NCBI RefSeq assembly: GCF_009914755.1
Contig: NC_060935.1
DNA from: the human T2T-CHM13v2.0 reference genome, Homo sapiens
Direction: 5' to 3' (one strand)
Length of the DNA stretch: 64,000 bases
A program made the translations under genes and the position numbers. Below are positions 1 to 13,221 of the stretch, piece after piece. The notes under the pieces are model-generated. The model was not told the DNA's origin. It saw only the letters and a program-made list of their open reading frames with translations, and made no database searches. How positions within the stretch are numbered: position 1 is the first letter of the stretch; the number at the start of each line of letters is the position of its first letter.

Positions 1-519
1 TTCCAGAAACAGATCGCCACTGGTTCCAGGGTGAACATAATTTTGTAACCTGCAAAAATGCTACATTTAAAAGCATAAAAGCACTCAAGAAGAGTTTCAT
101 TACAGTTTCTGTATACCTTATGGGTTGTTATACTTTGTAGTTAGAGGCAATGAAACTTGAAGGGAAATATTGAGGACTTGCCAAAATCTGTGCAAATGAG
201 TCTGTCACATTTATACTTTATGCTACAGTATCCTATCACATTTTGTATTCAGGAAATACTGGATCACATATTTGTAACAGCAACAGGGCATGCTTTCAAT
301 AGTATTAGTGCTGCTAGCATATGCAAGTGAATTCCATAACATCCATTTCCTTGCATATGTTTACTCCTCACCAACTAGTCTATATGTGTATTAATTAGGC
401 TACCTTTAGCCCAGTGATAATTTTTTTTAAGTAGTTCTTGTAAGTCTAGATGTCAGCCAAAATCCCTCATTCACCTGCACCTTTTATCAAATATGCAAAG
501 AGGCACTCTAGGGAGCCTT

Positions 520-680
520 AAAAGCATAGACTCTGGAGTCAGTATGACCTACATTCAAAGTCTCTATCCTTCACTTTTTATGCATCTGACTGTGGAGGTT
601 TGATGTCAAAGTCCTTGCTTCCTTATCTGTAAAATGGAGTTCATAATAGTGGCTATTGTGGATTAGAGTGAAGAGGCACT
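520..680 (+). mobile_element. MIR SINE relic
   Basis: AGCATAGACTCTGGAGTCAG...TTCCTTATCTGTAAAATGGAG...ATAATAG resembles the MIR core; boundaries approximate. Confidence 0.65.
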
Positions 681-2405
681 GATTTCACTTGACTTGTGTT
701 TCCACAACGGAAAAGAAATTTGCAGTCCATTTCTAGGAGGGAAATCTACAAAATGGACTCTTCCAGCTTCTCTCTATACCTTCCTTCACTGCACTATTAG
801 AAAGGAGGGGGACTTAATCTAATTTGCAAATTTGAAAGGAATAGAGTATGCGTCTCTCCTTTTTCAGATGCGCCTCCCTGCAGAGAGGGCTCTGGTTATG
901 TAGTTATGCCAAGCAGTGGGTGACATACCTTTCTTTCTACTTCATATGGATTTCCAGAAAAGCCAGCCTGGCTACTGAGTGAAACTATGTTCTCCAATCA
1001 GCTCATCAGAAATAATGTGGTTACAAAGAAGGATGATTTGATCCTTGTGGTAAAAAACACCAACTTGAAAGATAGGTTGTGAAGACTGCAGATAATAAAT
1101 GCAAAGTACTTAACAAGAGTGCTGGGTCCATGGTCAGCCATTGACTACTGGCTATTATTATGGTGATTTTCTTTCTTATTATATTACTACCATTGACATT
1201 GCTGCTGCCACTGAAGTTGTTTTGTTCTTTTTACTCTTTGATTGGCACCAGTCAAAGAGAACTGTGACTTCTCATTCACATAAATGTTTTGCACAAGAGG
1301 AAGGAAACATTCAAATGGTAAGTTTATATTTAGTCACTTAATAGAGAAAAGGGAAAGATAGAAAAATAAAAATGCTATCGTGGTATATGGCACCCAGTCA
1401 GCAAAGCCTTTTATACTCTAACTGACCTCTTCAGAGAGAATCCTTTCATTTCTGCTGAGAACAGGGGGCAGCTAGGCTTCAATAATGTCTGAAGGCAAGG
1501 GAGTACTGTTTGGCTCTACTAAACGTTCACATGTCCCATTAACCAGGAGACACAATCCTGGTTTAAAAAGCATTTTTCTGATGAAGCAGGGTACAGACAC
1601 TGGCAGAGTCTCAGAGTTAAAACAGTTAACGGAATGTCTTCGGATCAGCAGGAAAGAGCAGAGAAAAAATGAGCGCCTATTCTTGAGCACATGTGAACAC
1701 CTCTTGTGTACACCAATAAAAGCTTCTTAGATTGAAGCAACTGCTTTGTCAGAAAGAGTTGTGTCCTAGCAAATTTGAGCAATAAGCTCTTAAAATGTAG
1801 GTAGAAATGCTGTATAACCTCATTTATACCCAGCAAATAATGAGGTCTGGAGACGTGTGGGTTATATAAGAATTAACATGCCAGCCAGCTATTAAATAGC
1901 AGCTGTGGCAACATAGATTATGATTGGACCATCACTATAATTTAGTCTCATTTTGTGCACCATAATTGAATAATCAAATAATAATACAAAAGAAATCATT
2001 AGTGTCTTAAATTACAGTCATACCAATACCAGTTCACTTTCTTCCAAATATAGGCCTTAAAAATATGGTTATTATTAACACCCATTTTACAAAGAGTAAA
2101 ATATCAAGATCAAGGAATTGCAAGTAATTTCCCAATTTCATGTACAAAGTTGAAACAAGAATAAAATGAAACTCCTCTGACTACATAATTGGTCTCTTGA
2201 TCCAACAAATCAAAATGTTTTCATCCTATTCCAATTTGTCCCTCCCAAAAGAGTCCATCTCTTCTTTCACTCCTCTTACCCTCCAACACAAAGACTCATT
2301 AAATACCAATCTTCTAACCAAAAAGTACTGCACTTTTTGTGAATCTCAGGGAACTAAAAGTAGTTTATTTTTATTTGTTTCTTTCCTTTTGGAAATAGTG
2401 AAGAT

Positions 2406-2618
2406 CAAACTTGTCCAATCTGCCACCCATGGGCCACATGTGGCCCAGGACGGCTTTGAATGCGGCCCAACACAAGGTCATAAACATTCTTTAAAACATT
2501 CTGAGACTTTTTGCTATTTTTTTCGGCTCAACGGCTATTGTTAGTGTATTTTAAGAGTGGCCCAAGACAAATTCTTCTTCCAATGTGGCCCAGGGAAGCC
2601 AAAAGATTGGACCCCCCG
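2406..2618 (-). mobile_element. MER30-family hAT-Charlie MITE
   Basis: GGCCCAGGACGGCTTTGAATGCGGCCCAACACA...GTGGCCCAGGGAAGCCAAAAGATTGGAC; degenerate 8-bp TSD GTGAAGAT/TTGCAGAT. Confidence 0.9.
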
Positions 2619-3076
2619 TTGCAGATATTAGTTTATAATTAGAGTACAATCAAAGAGAGATATTGAAGAACAGAATAAGTTAACAAGCAAATCGAAAAAG
2701 TAGTAAAGAGAAAATGAGGAGTAAGGGTCTAAAAACAAGAAGTTGTGGTGCCACTTTCAAAAATAGGCATTGCTCAGGTTCTGTGTTAAATGTAGCAAAA
2801 AAATTAAGATAGGTATTGCAGTCTGACTAATTTTCAATGCTAAATTAAAGTGCAGAGTTTAGATTGTAATTTTGAGATTAGATGATTTCTGAGTCCTTGG
2901 CCTATATTTCATGTATTCTTTTTTTTCTTTTATAGTTATTGTCTTCACTTTCTGATCTCTGCAATATAATCAGACAGGTGTTCCTCAAATTCTCTTAATT
3001 TGCTTCACTTAAAATAATCACTAATAACAATGAGAAACATGTAGTGAATGCTCAACTTTATGATATGGATAGTTTT

Positions 3077-3410
3077 TTAACTTTTATTTTAAATTCAGGG
3101 GTAAATGTGCAGGTTTGTTATACAGGTAAACCTGTGTCATGGAAGTTTGTTGTGCAGATTATTTTGTCACCCAAGTATCAAGACTAGTTCCTAAAATGAC
3201 AAACACCCTGGAAGACAGCCTAAGCAATATCATTCAAGAAACAGGCACGGGCAAAGATTTCATGATGAAGACACCAAAAGCAATTGCAGCAAAATAAAAA
3301 ACTGACAAATGGAACCTAATTAAACTTTAGAGCTTCTGCACAGCAAAAGAAACTATCAACAGAGTAAAGAGACAGCCTACAAAGTGAGAGAAAATTTTTG
3401 CAAACTATGA
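3077..3410 (-). mobile_element. 5'-truncated, 5'-inverted L1PA fragment inserted in a MIR
   Basis: Antisense L1 3' end (3077-~3191) joined to a sense ORF2 piece (GCTTCTGCACAGCAAAAGAAACTATCAACAGAGTAAA); TSD AT(A/G)TGGATAGTTTT at 3063-3076 and 3411-3424, followed by AA. Confidence 0.85.
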
Positions 3411-3629
3411 ATGTGGATAGTTTTAAGTATTTCACATGCATTAGTGCATTCCATTCTCCCATCAACGCTATGAAGATGTAAATACGATTTTTTAAAGAAC
3501 AAAGACACAGGGAGAGTAAATAAGTTATTGGGATCATAGAGACAAATAGTGAGGTCAGATGCAAACCCACGCTGTCTCATTCCAGAATCCAGAATCAACC
3601 ATCATGCTAAGCTATTTTGAACCATAAAG

Positions 3630-4127
3630 CAGTTGACCCTCTAACAACACAGTTTGAACTGTGCAGGTCCACTTATACACAAAGTTTTTCAGTAAATGCT
3701 ACACTGATATGCCTACCCCTCCTGCCTCCTCTTCCACCTCCTACACCTCTTTTGCCCTTGCCACCACTGAAACATCAAGGCCAACCTCTTCTCTTTCTCC
3801 TCCTCCTCAGCCTGCTCAATGAAAAGACAATAAGGATGAACACCTTTATGATGATCCACTTCCATTTAATAAACAGTAAATATATTTTATCTTCCTTATA
3901 ATTTTCTAAATAGTATTTTTCCAGCTTACTTTATTATAAAGATATAGTATATAATACATATAACATGCAAAATATGTGTTAATCAACTGTTGGGTGTTAT
4001 TGATAAGGTTTCTGGTCAGCACTAGGCAATTAGTAGTTACATTTTGGGGGAGTCAAAAGTTATATGTGGATTTTCAACTGTACAGGGGTCAGTGTCCTTT
4101 ACCCCCAGGTTGTTCAAGGGTCAACAG
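3630..4127 (+). mobile_element. Tigger2a-like TcMar-Tigger DNA transposon
   Basis: Terminal inverted repeats CAGTTGACCCT...AGGGTCAACAG then TA; internal GATGATCCACTTCCA and GGGGAGTCAAAAGTTATA motifs. Confidence 0.85.
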
Positions 4128-5450
4128 TAAATGTGAACAAAAACTAAAAAAAAAAAAAAGATATTTATCTAATTACTTAAATATTTATTTTGCAATAATC
4201 TCATATTTTGTGTTTTCTAGGGCTCTTATAAAACTAAGGCTAGCTTTTAATAATTTGAATACACCTTATCTCTAGAGAGGTAGTGATATGTTCATGGCAA
4301 GGTAGAGATCCAAACCAGTAGAGAAGATAGAAAATTATTATTATATATTTTCCATGTAGTATTACCTTATAGCTAATTCTCTCTTCAGTCTCAGTTTTCA
4401 GTTATTTATAAGGCTTAGAAATAAATCCTGATCTCAGCCCTGTCCACTTGTTTCATCAGCCTAATGCCTCCATGCCTCATCTTTCATACTTCATAACCAT
4501 ATTACGTTTAATGGGGATGCACTTGTGACACTTGGAGCTGAATTATTCTTCAATGTGTAGAATTGCCTTATATAATACAAGACCTTGGGAATTACTGGAT
4601 GATGGCACAAAATACTAAATAAAAACAACAAATGCCCCACTTTCCCTCTTTTCTACTGCCTCAGGGGTCACATTTCACTTTCTTAGGAAGTCTTGGCCCA
4701 GATTCTCAAAGCCACCCAAACAGCATTTTGCACACTTTTTTTAAGTTTTATTTTCTCCCATTGCTCTACCTTGCAGGGTGTGAATGTAGTACGTACCACC
4801 TACAAATATGTGACTAATGCAGAAATCCCATTACGTACTCTCTCTAGTCTACATGTTTACTAAGCTCTTCAGATACGATTCTTGAAACTTCCTTTCAGTT
4901 AATTTACTTAGCAGATTCTTTTTAAAGATGGAAATCCCTGAATGCACTGTAACATTTTATTGCTGTCCTAGTAGACATTCCATTCACTCCTAGAAATGCA
5001 AACAGGAATGGTTTCCCCTTTTGAAGAAGGAAGAGGGATCACTGAATGTTACCTTGTGCTAGCCACTTTATGTAAGACAGCTTCCTAGTTTGATCTTGAT
5101 TTCAATTCTTCCTTGTTGCTATTATTATGCCCACTCTGAAGACACAAAAACTGAGACTTAAAGTATTAAGTAAATTGCTAATAATATTGGCAAAGATGAT
5201 AACTATATTTATAATAATAATAACAGCAACACACAGGCCTAATTCTACCATGGTAAAGCCTAACTTATCAAGCTGTAAATTATTAAATTTCTAAGTTTGA
5301 TGTTTAGGATATCATGATAGCTCTATAGGGAAGTTGTGTAGAAGGACCTTATTGGCCTCTCTCCCAAGCAGAATCCACTGCCACTTTGTCTATTTACCTT
5401 GTAAGGCTTAATGACTACCATCAAACATATTCCTGTCCAGTTGAAAACAG

Positions 5451-5790
5451 ATGTACAAAATCTCTGGATTAAGGCTACTTTCCTAGAAAATAAGATTTAC
5501 AATACACAATATAGACCATTCTAGAAAGAACTGACCAAAGCATCTGAAATTTGCAAATTAAACTGCCATCACTAGTTTTGTGTCCATATGAGATTGCACC
5601 TCAGTCTCTTTGTCTATATAACAGAAAACCTGGATCAGTGAGTGCTAATATTCTTCATGGAGTTGATTTAAGGTTTAATGACACTTGAAAAAGTCCATAT
5701 TTAAATATTGCCTTGATTTTGTCCCCTGTTCCCATAAAATGCTGCTGAACATATCTTGAACACAGCAGAGGGGTGAAAACGCAACTTTTT
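5451..5790 (+). repeat. Local duplication, copy 1 (340 bp, unique-looking sequence)
   Basis: Direct repeat of 7088-7427, ~18 mismatches by manual alignment. Confidence 0.95.
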
Positions 5791-7087
5791 GTTAGAAGTA
5801 TGTTCATTTTCTTGGGACTGACTGGTGAGGAAAGAAGGTTTGCAAGGCCAAGTGTCGGGAGAACAACATATTGTATGTGGGAGGGTGCATTGCAATGAGT
5901 GCATGAAATTACAGTACAAAGGATCAAAGAGAAAAATTGCCTTTAGAATGACAGGCTTTCCTTCACGGAGAAGAAAAACCAAATAATTTATGCCTCAGAG
6001 GTACTGTAGGGCTCATATTTTAGCCTGCAGAATTCCTCAGCATTGCTGTAACTGAGCCTCTTGCAGGGAGAAACTATTAATCCTTTGCATGCTTTGCCAT
6101 TAATATTGTTTATTGGGCCACAAGAAGAGAACATAAAACTTTAATGTCAGTTTTTCACACTAAGGATTTTTTTTCCTTAAAAATCCAATGGTATCTGCCA
6201 ATTTGATGTGGCACTTTAAGGAGATTAGAGAAGCAGATGGCTGATTCTTAATGACTAATTTTTTGCATCAACTAAAGATTTGTTATTTGATGCAAACTGC
6301 TCAGAATAACCATGTTCCTTTTTAATGAAGTTGGACTGTGCTACTGAAAGGGAAAAGCGAGAGTTTATACTGACAAATAAGAAAAATTAGATTCAGAAGG
6401 TTCTGGAAGGATAACAGAGCACCAGGACATGTAAGCTAACCCAAAAGTAAAATTCTGAAGGCAACAGAGCCAGTGAAGAAGAACTCAGTGCTTGTTACAC
6501 AGTGAATGTCAATTTTGAGGAAAGTCTCATGCAAGAATTACACAAAACCTATAGATTAAGAGATGAGGCTCTCAGGAAACATCTAATCTAAGTCAGACCC
6601 TAGTTCAAATCTTTGGACAGCTGTTTATATTCTGGACAATTTGAGACTGTTAGTCAGACATTAGTTTTAGTAAGAGTAAAAATGTGCATAGGAATAACTC
6701 CTGTGAGAAACTGTTATAAATGTTAAAGTTAAAAGTGCATATAACGTGTTGAGCTCAGTGCCTGACATTTAGTAAACACTCATTTGTCAAGTGTCTTATA
6801 AGTACTCACAAGTACTTATTTTTCTCCTTAGCTGTTTCTTTTCTCCTACCCCGTGATAAATCTAAGCAATTTCCACTCCCCTTGTTAGTTTCTGTCCAAC
6901 CAATAACACAATTTTTAGAACAATTCATTTTGGTCATCTTCCTGTGTCCCTGCTTCCAGTTCCAGACATGGGAACGCTGGGAATTCTACAACTATCATGG
7001 GGAGAAGAAGACTTCAGGGAAACATTAATGGAAGGAGAAGAAATAGGAGATATTTTTTTTAATGCTGCTAATGGGATCAAAATGCCA

Positions 7088-7427
7088 ATGTACAAAATCT
7101 CTGGATTAAGGCTACTTTCCTAGAAAATAAGATTCACAATACACAACATAGAACATTCTAGAAAGAACTGACCAAAGCATCTGAAATTTGCAAATGAAAC
7201 TGCCATCACTAGTTTTGTGTCCATATGAGATTAGACCTCAGTCTTCTTGTTTATAAAACAGAAAACGTGCATCAGTGAGTGCTAATATTCTTACTAGAGT
7301 TTATTTAAGGTTTAATGACACTTGAAAAAGTCCATATTTAAATATTGCCTTGATTTTGTCCCCTGTTCCCATAAAATGCTGCTGAACATATCTTGAACAC
7401 AGCAGAGGGATGAAAATGCAACTTTTT
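7088..7427 (+). repeat. Local duplication, copy 2
   Basis: Direct repeat of 5451-5790 (~95% identity), flanked by TTTTTTTT(A/T)ATGCTG. Confidence 0.95.
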
Positions 7428-7641
7428 TTTTATGCTGACACTGTCACTCATAAGCAATGCAGGAAAATGCTTGAGACTACTGAGCACTATTTTGGCAGAC
7501 ACCCAAGAAATATGCCAAATATTGTAATATGATAAAGAGAAGACTGTATGTTGAAGATATGTTTTAGAAGGAAATGGAATTCAGTGTATTTTTTAGGGAC
7601 AATCTAGGACAGCAGAAGAGGAAATTTTGTATAAGGATGTA

Positions 7642-7839
7642 CTGTACTATTTACTAAAGTAACTGAGAGCTACACATGGCTTTCTACATTTGAATTAAAA
7701 TGAAAAGTAAACAACAATTAAAATTCAGTTCCTTATTCACACTAGTCACATTTCAAGTGCTCATTAGTCAAAAATAGCTGGTGGTTACCATAGATTACAG
7801 ACTATAACCATTACGGCAGAAAGTTCTATTGGATGGTTG
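7642..7839 (-). mobile_element. MER3 hAT-Charlie element
   Basis: AAAATTCAGTTCC...CACTAGTCACATTTCAAGTGCTCA...GCAGAAAGTTCTATTGGA matches MER3 reverse complement. Confidence 0.8.
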
Positions 7840-10800
7840 TTTTGAGAGGAAAAAAATAAGAAATTTTCTTCTTGTTTTCCATTTATCTAGTGATTATCTG
7901 GTGCATTTACTCTTCTGAATGTTAAGTTTACAAGCATAACTAAAGCAAGGTCCTGGCTCTCATAGTGTCTCCAGTCTAGTTGGGAAAATAGGCAAAAATA
8001 AGCAAAAAGTAGCAATGCAATAGGCCAGTCATGGGGCGGACAAAGGATTTAACTGGCAAAGGACAATGGAAACAGTAAGAGTGGAGTAATAAATAATGTT
8101 TAACCGGGAAGAGACCTGATTTTGAAAGACTGGAACAACTTACTAGCTGTGAAATTTTGGACAGCTTTTTCTGGACCATAGTTTATTCATTCACTTGTTT
8201 ACTAATTTTTTTACTTCTTTCTTGCCTTGGGTTTTCAAAGAATATTTCTTGAGTGTCTATCATGTGAGTTATGCATGGTTGAGAATGTTTAGAGCCATTG
8301 TAGGTCTTGTTAAAATGGAACCCATTTGATCCCTCTCATTTTTCTCTAAAGGAATGCCATTGCATTCTCTAATTCATTTCTTGTTGATTACATCCTAAGA
8401 GACTTTCCCCTTGCTGTCAGAACTGCCTCATTTATTCATTCACCTAATCACTCAGCAGACATTATTGAACACTTACAATGGAATAGGTACCACATTAAAG
8501 ACATATACATAAAAATGTCTTGTCCTTTGTCCTGAAAAGTCTAGTGGGATAGAGAGAGATAAAAAATACTACAATACAGTCTGATGAAGGTGTGGACAAC
8601 AGGGTCCATGGGATAAAATAGAAAGGGGACAGAACAAACACTCAAAGAAGAGAGTTCATCTCATTATTTATCCATGGAATGATGCATTTAATTGATGAGC
8701 TGTCTTCAAACAATGATGAAAGCCTTGCACACAATATAAGACCATGCTTAGTTATAATCCATCAAATAGTAACCAATCCTTCACCAACTAATGGGAAGTC
8801 TTTAGAAAAATAAAATGAGAATACAGAGTATTACACATTAAAGGTTTCTACTGGTATGGTTAATCAGAATCCACTTAAACCACCCTATCTACAGGTCAGT
8901 GCTTATGTCCATTGATAAAAGTATTCCTTTCAGCAGACATTTACTGAAGAGCTACTCAGTGCCAGTATTGTGTCAGGGCTCTGAGAAATGTGGAGGACAT
9001 GCTGATTGCTTTCAGTAAACATCTAATCTAAGTAAATACATTTTATTATGTAAAAAATATATTTGCGTCTAAAGAGTTAACTGTCAATGTATTTTAAGAA
9101 ACCAAAGAAGAGAAATCAGTATGCTTCCTATAGCAGAATTTCTAATGGGATATGATAATAATATTTAGAAAGGAAAAAATGAAGAAGAACTCCAGACAGA
9201 GTAAATACCAAGAAACAGGGCTCAAGAGAAAAACACAGAATCTGGCTGATAGTTCATTGGTCAGGTACCATGAGCCTGATACTGAACTATATACCTTAAG
9301 CATAATTATTTATTTCATTTTTCACAATAACAATATTATGTATTATTACAGCATTTTAAATATGAATAATCGAGAGCTGAAATAATTTAAAATATGCAAT
9401 TTACCTAAAACCACAAAGCTAATACATGTTCACGCCGTAAATCAAACTCAAAACTTTGTAATAAAAATGTCTTTTGCCCCTTAGTGTTCAACAGCAAAGA
9501 ACAGTATTTTTTTCTTTGCTGAAGTATAGACAGCTTAGCTGGTCATCTGAACAAGAGTGCTGAAAACTATGGTGAGGAGGTTCACTTAAGCCAGATAATT
9601 GAGGATTTTGAAGGCTAGACTACAAAGGTGTGTTCTATGTAAATATTCTCCCTGAAAAAGTCATTTCAAAAAGTTAAACACATGGAAAATTATTTAAGTA
9701 TATCAGCCATGTTTCACAAGCTAAACTCAAGATATCTAGAATATTAAAACACTGCACCTCAGCTAGTACTTTCCAATTGTCTGAACTTGTAACAAAAGCC
9801 TACAGAGGTAGATAAAGGTAGAAACAGAAAAACCAGCTGTGAAATTCAGATACCTACAGGTCTGTATATATAGACATATATGTTTATTTTTAAGTAGAAA
9901 TTCCACATTCTATAGCCACACAAAATTCACATGCTTAAATCACAGGACAAAGAACCCCATGTTAGGAAATTCAGGTGTCCTTTATGGCAGCAAGAGTGCC
10001 ACAAGGGGTCCCAACAAAAGGAAATAAATGTATGATAACTATGCAAGCTGTTGTGCCAGGCAATGACAAACAACTGATTAAGAGCAAATTGGCCAACAAA
10101 TTTGGGTTGCCGACAAAAACTTGGCTCTTCCCTGAGGGTGCTGTTGCCAGGACATATTATTGTATTTCTACAACATGGAAATTAACACATAACACGAGGG
10201 CTGATTTTTGTCTTCTCTCCTCCTCCCCCTCCTTTGGGAACAGTGTCACTATCACTCACTGTTGATTACATTTTTACCCTCTTCATCATGTGCTCAGTTC
10301 ACATTCAATAGAGACTTTCAAGAAATTAGAAGCATTCCTGTTCTGTTCCTACAGTGGAACTTGTTATTTAAAAAGGGCAAAAAACGTGCACTTATACACA
10401 CACCTGTGAGCATGGGAACACACACACCATAGACACATACACAATGGCAATGACCTTGCAGTAGAAATAATAGATTCCTGATACAGACTGATAATAAAAA
10501 ATAAAACACAGTTGAGAAGTAAATTATGAGAGGTATCAGAAGACATGTTTTGGTGATGCCAACAGTGGTACAACCATTTATTTCAGTATGTGACAATGAG
10601 AAAGTTAAAAGAAATGCACCCATGTCATTCATCTTGGATGCTTGTTTGATTAATGCCAAGATTTTTTCTTTCTCTGGCATCCCATAATCTGCCCTTTCTG
10701 CCAATATTCCCAAGTTTCCCCAAGCAAAGAGCTGAAGCCTAAGGCAAGAGCTTCTGATTAATTTTTCTAAATGGAGTAGGTTTATAAAAGTCATGTTTGC

Positions 10801-10937
10801 TTTCTAGTAAATGGTTAACGAAACCATGTAGCTTTCAGATGGGACTAATTTTTCAATTAGTGGAGATGGCCCAGGTATTTTCAGAACTGGTCTGGGCAGC
10901 ATCAGGGATGTCTCTGATCTCCGACAACCCCAGGGCT

Positions 10938-11037
10938 ATGTGTGTGTGTGTCTGTGTGTGTGTGTGTGTATACACACAGACACACACACACAGACACAAA
11001 GACACACAGACACACACACACACACACACACACACAC
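10938..11037. repeat. Inverted (TG)n-(CA)n microsatellite
   Basis: (TG)-rich arm, TATA centre at 10969-10972, (CA)-rich arm. Confidence 0.95.
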
Positions 11038-13177
11038 CCCGAGGTTATATAGTAAATCCATTTCTTGTTATGACGATGTGTTTGGAACTAAATCAAGACC
11101 CGCATCACCAGAGTGACAAGGGTATAGTTTTGAACAGTAATGATGACAGCTATTTTCTCAGTCCAGACATCACCTGGAGAGCTGTGCCAGGGAGAAAAAA
11201 TACAGGTACTTTTCACATTAAGTTAGTCATAGGATATTTCAGACCATCAATTAGAAGCAAAAACATTACAATTAATGTGACATGTAAGTAAGTGGCCATG
11301 ATTTTAAAAAGCAAATATAGAACTGGTAGTTTCACTGTTATATGAAATATGAGGAGGACATTCTTATTGCCACTGGTAAACAACCATTCAGATAATATGG
11401 AAAACATACTATATTTCTTTACTCAGAATAGGCTTAGAACATGCCACAATTTTAGTATGCGATATTTAAATCTTCAGTGTCTTAATATCTCTATCAATAA
11501 TGTGGGTCCAGCACTATTTGCTTTATTGTTACCTAAAATGTTGATAAATAAATGAAAAAAATCATATGATTAGAGCTTTTTGGAAGTTCATATGATGCTT
11601 TCAAACAAAATAAACTGATAATAGAATAAACATACAGTAACTGTTTTCAAATCTCCAAACCAAGAAGGTGACATTTAAAATATTTTATCACTGCTCTTGT
11701 AAGTCTTGATAAAAACTCCAGAATATACATTTCATACACATGGTATATTTACAAAATAATGATAATAAAGCACATAAGCAACTAAAATAAGTATTCCCAT
11801 CCAATTTTCTTGCTTAAACCCTTTCCAGAAAGTTTCTTCCCTGTGTCATAGCAGGAAAAAGCAAAGAATTTAAAATAAAAGGTACAAAAGTATAAATAGA
11901 TAATTAATATTCAATCTCTCCAGGTTACTAAATCAATTTCTTTAGGCTCTGATAGGCTGTTGGAAAAATAAGAACAAACAAGAACCATATGCAAACCAGG
12001 TGCCATCTGAATTACTTACATGGTTGATAGTAAAGGAGAAGAAACTAAAGGATATAAAGAGTAGTTTACTTTCTTCTGATCAAAAACATTCCCCTACAGG
12101 GGTGCTTTATAGCTTCATTACATGCCCTGACTTTGATATATTTTAAATCATCATCAAGGACAGGAACAAGAAAAAGGAAGAATCTATCATTTTGGATCAA
12201 ATAAATTCAATTCTTTTAGGGGCAGGGGATGGGGAAGAGTTAGGATGCTTTAAGTTATTGTATTCATTTAGTTAATATTTATTTAACACCTACTATGTTT
12301 CAACCTCTGCAAGGTACTAAGTATATAAAAAATGTATCTTTTTGTCTGTCCTAAATGAGCTCACAGCCTAGTGAAAGATAAAAAATATAAAAGAAAAACT
12401 AAGGATACATGCTCTAAGCACTGTTTTAAAGATACAAAGATACTGCATCTCATTCACAGGACAGCTGTCTCCCTAGAAGGGAAATTTAAGCTTCATTTTG
12501 GCAGCTTTTACATAATTTGATGTAGTGAAGTTGCAAATGGTATAGAGGGGAGTAAAAAGGATGAAAGAGACAGAGAGACAGACTTATGAGGTAAGATTAA
12601 AGAAGCTACATAAGTATGACTTACCTATGTGAGGATATCCTGATAAATGTACACATATTTTGAAGATGCAAATACCAAAGGAATAATGTTGGAGAAATAA
12701 GCAGATTTTTAAAAGGTAAAATTTTTGCTATAAAGAAGAAAAAGCTGAGATGACAGTTATGAACTATATATGAACTATCACATGAAGAAGTTGATTTTCT
12801 GGAAATCATAGAATTCCATCTTTTGAGACATTTGATTTAGACCTTTTTCTCTCTTGGCTTGCTTGACTTTAGGAAATATATACAAAGTTGATTTTCAATT
12901 AAGATTCTTCATCATTGCGTGGGTATCTTCTTTATGCTAAGTACTATGACAAGTGTTAAAGAGGAATAAGATAGGGGTCTCTGTACTTACGCAATGTACA
13001 ATCTGAAGAATTTCCACCTCCTTCTCATCACTCTGCACAGTACATATGATCCACCTCTTACTGATGCTTCTCTCAGGCTTGAAGAGTCCAGCCATCTCAT
13101 ATTACTAGGTTTTGCTAGGACCTAATCTAGCATGCTTTCCATCAAAGTATTCCTCTTTCCTCTCCCCTACACATTCA

Positions 13178-13178
<1 letters not shown>

Positions 13179-13221
<43 letters not shown>
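13179..13221. repeat. (CA)n microsatellite
   Basis: ~19 CA units visible. Confidence 0.95.

Noticed and set aside
318-359. 10-bp inverted repeat CATATGCAAG/CTTGCATATG, the AATTTGCAAATT palindromes, and the CTTCCTTCCT/AGGAAGGAAG hairpin at 37877
   Set aside because: Within chance expectation for AT-rich or low-complexity DNA; too short for a pre-miRNA
10318-10794. 158-aa minus-strand ORF
   Set aside because: No recognisable domain, composition typical of AT-rich non-coding DNA; such lengths arise by chance in 64 kb
10797-11291. 164-aa ORF with CVCVCV/THTHTH runs
   Set aside because: Kept open by the TG/CA microsatellite and starts at a non-ATG codon
12625-12727. Minus-strand pseudo-exon with a strong GTAAGT donor
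   Set aside because: Competing upstream AG and a very AT-rich body; such pseudo-exons are abundant
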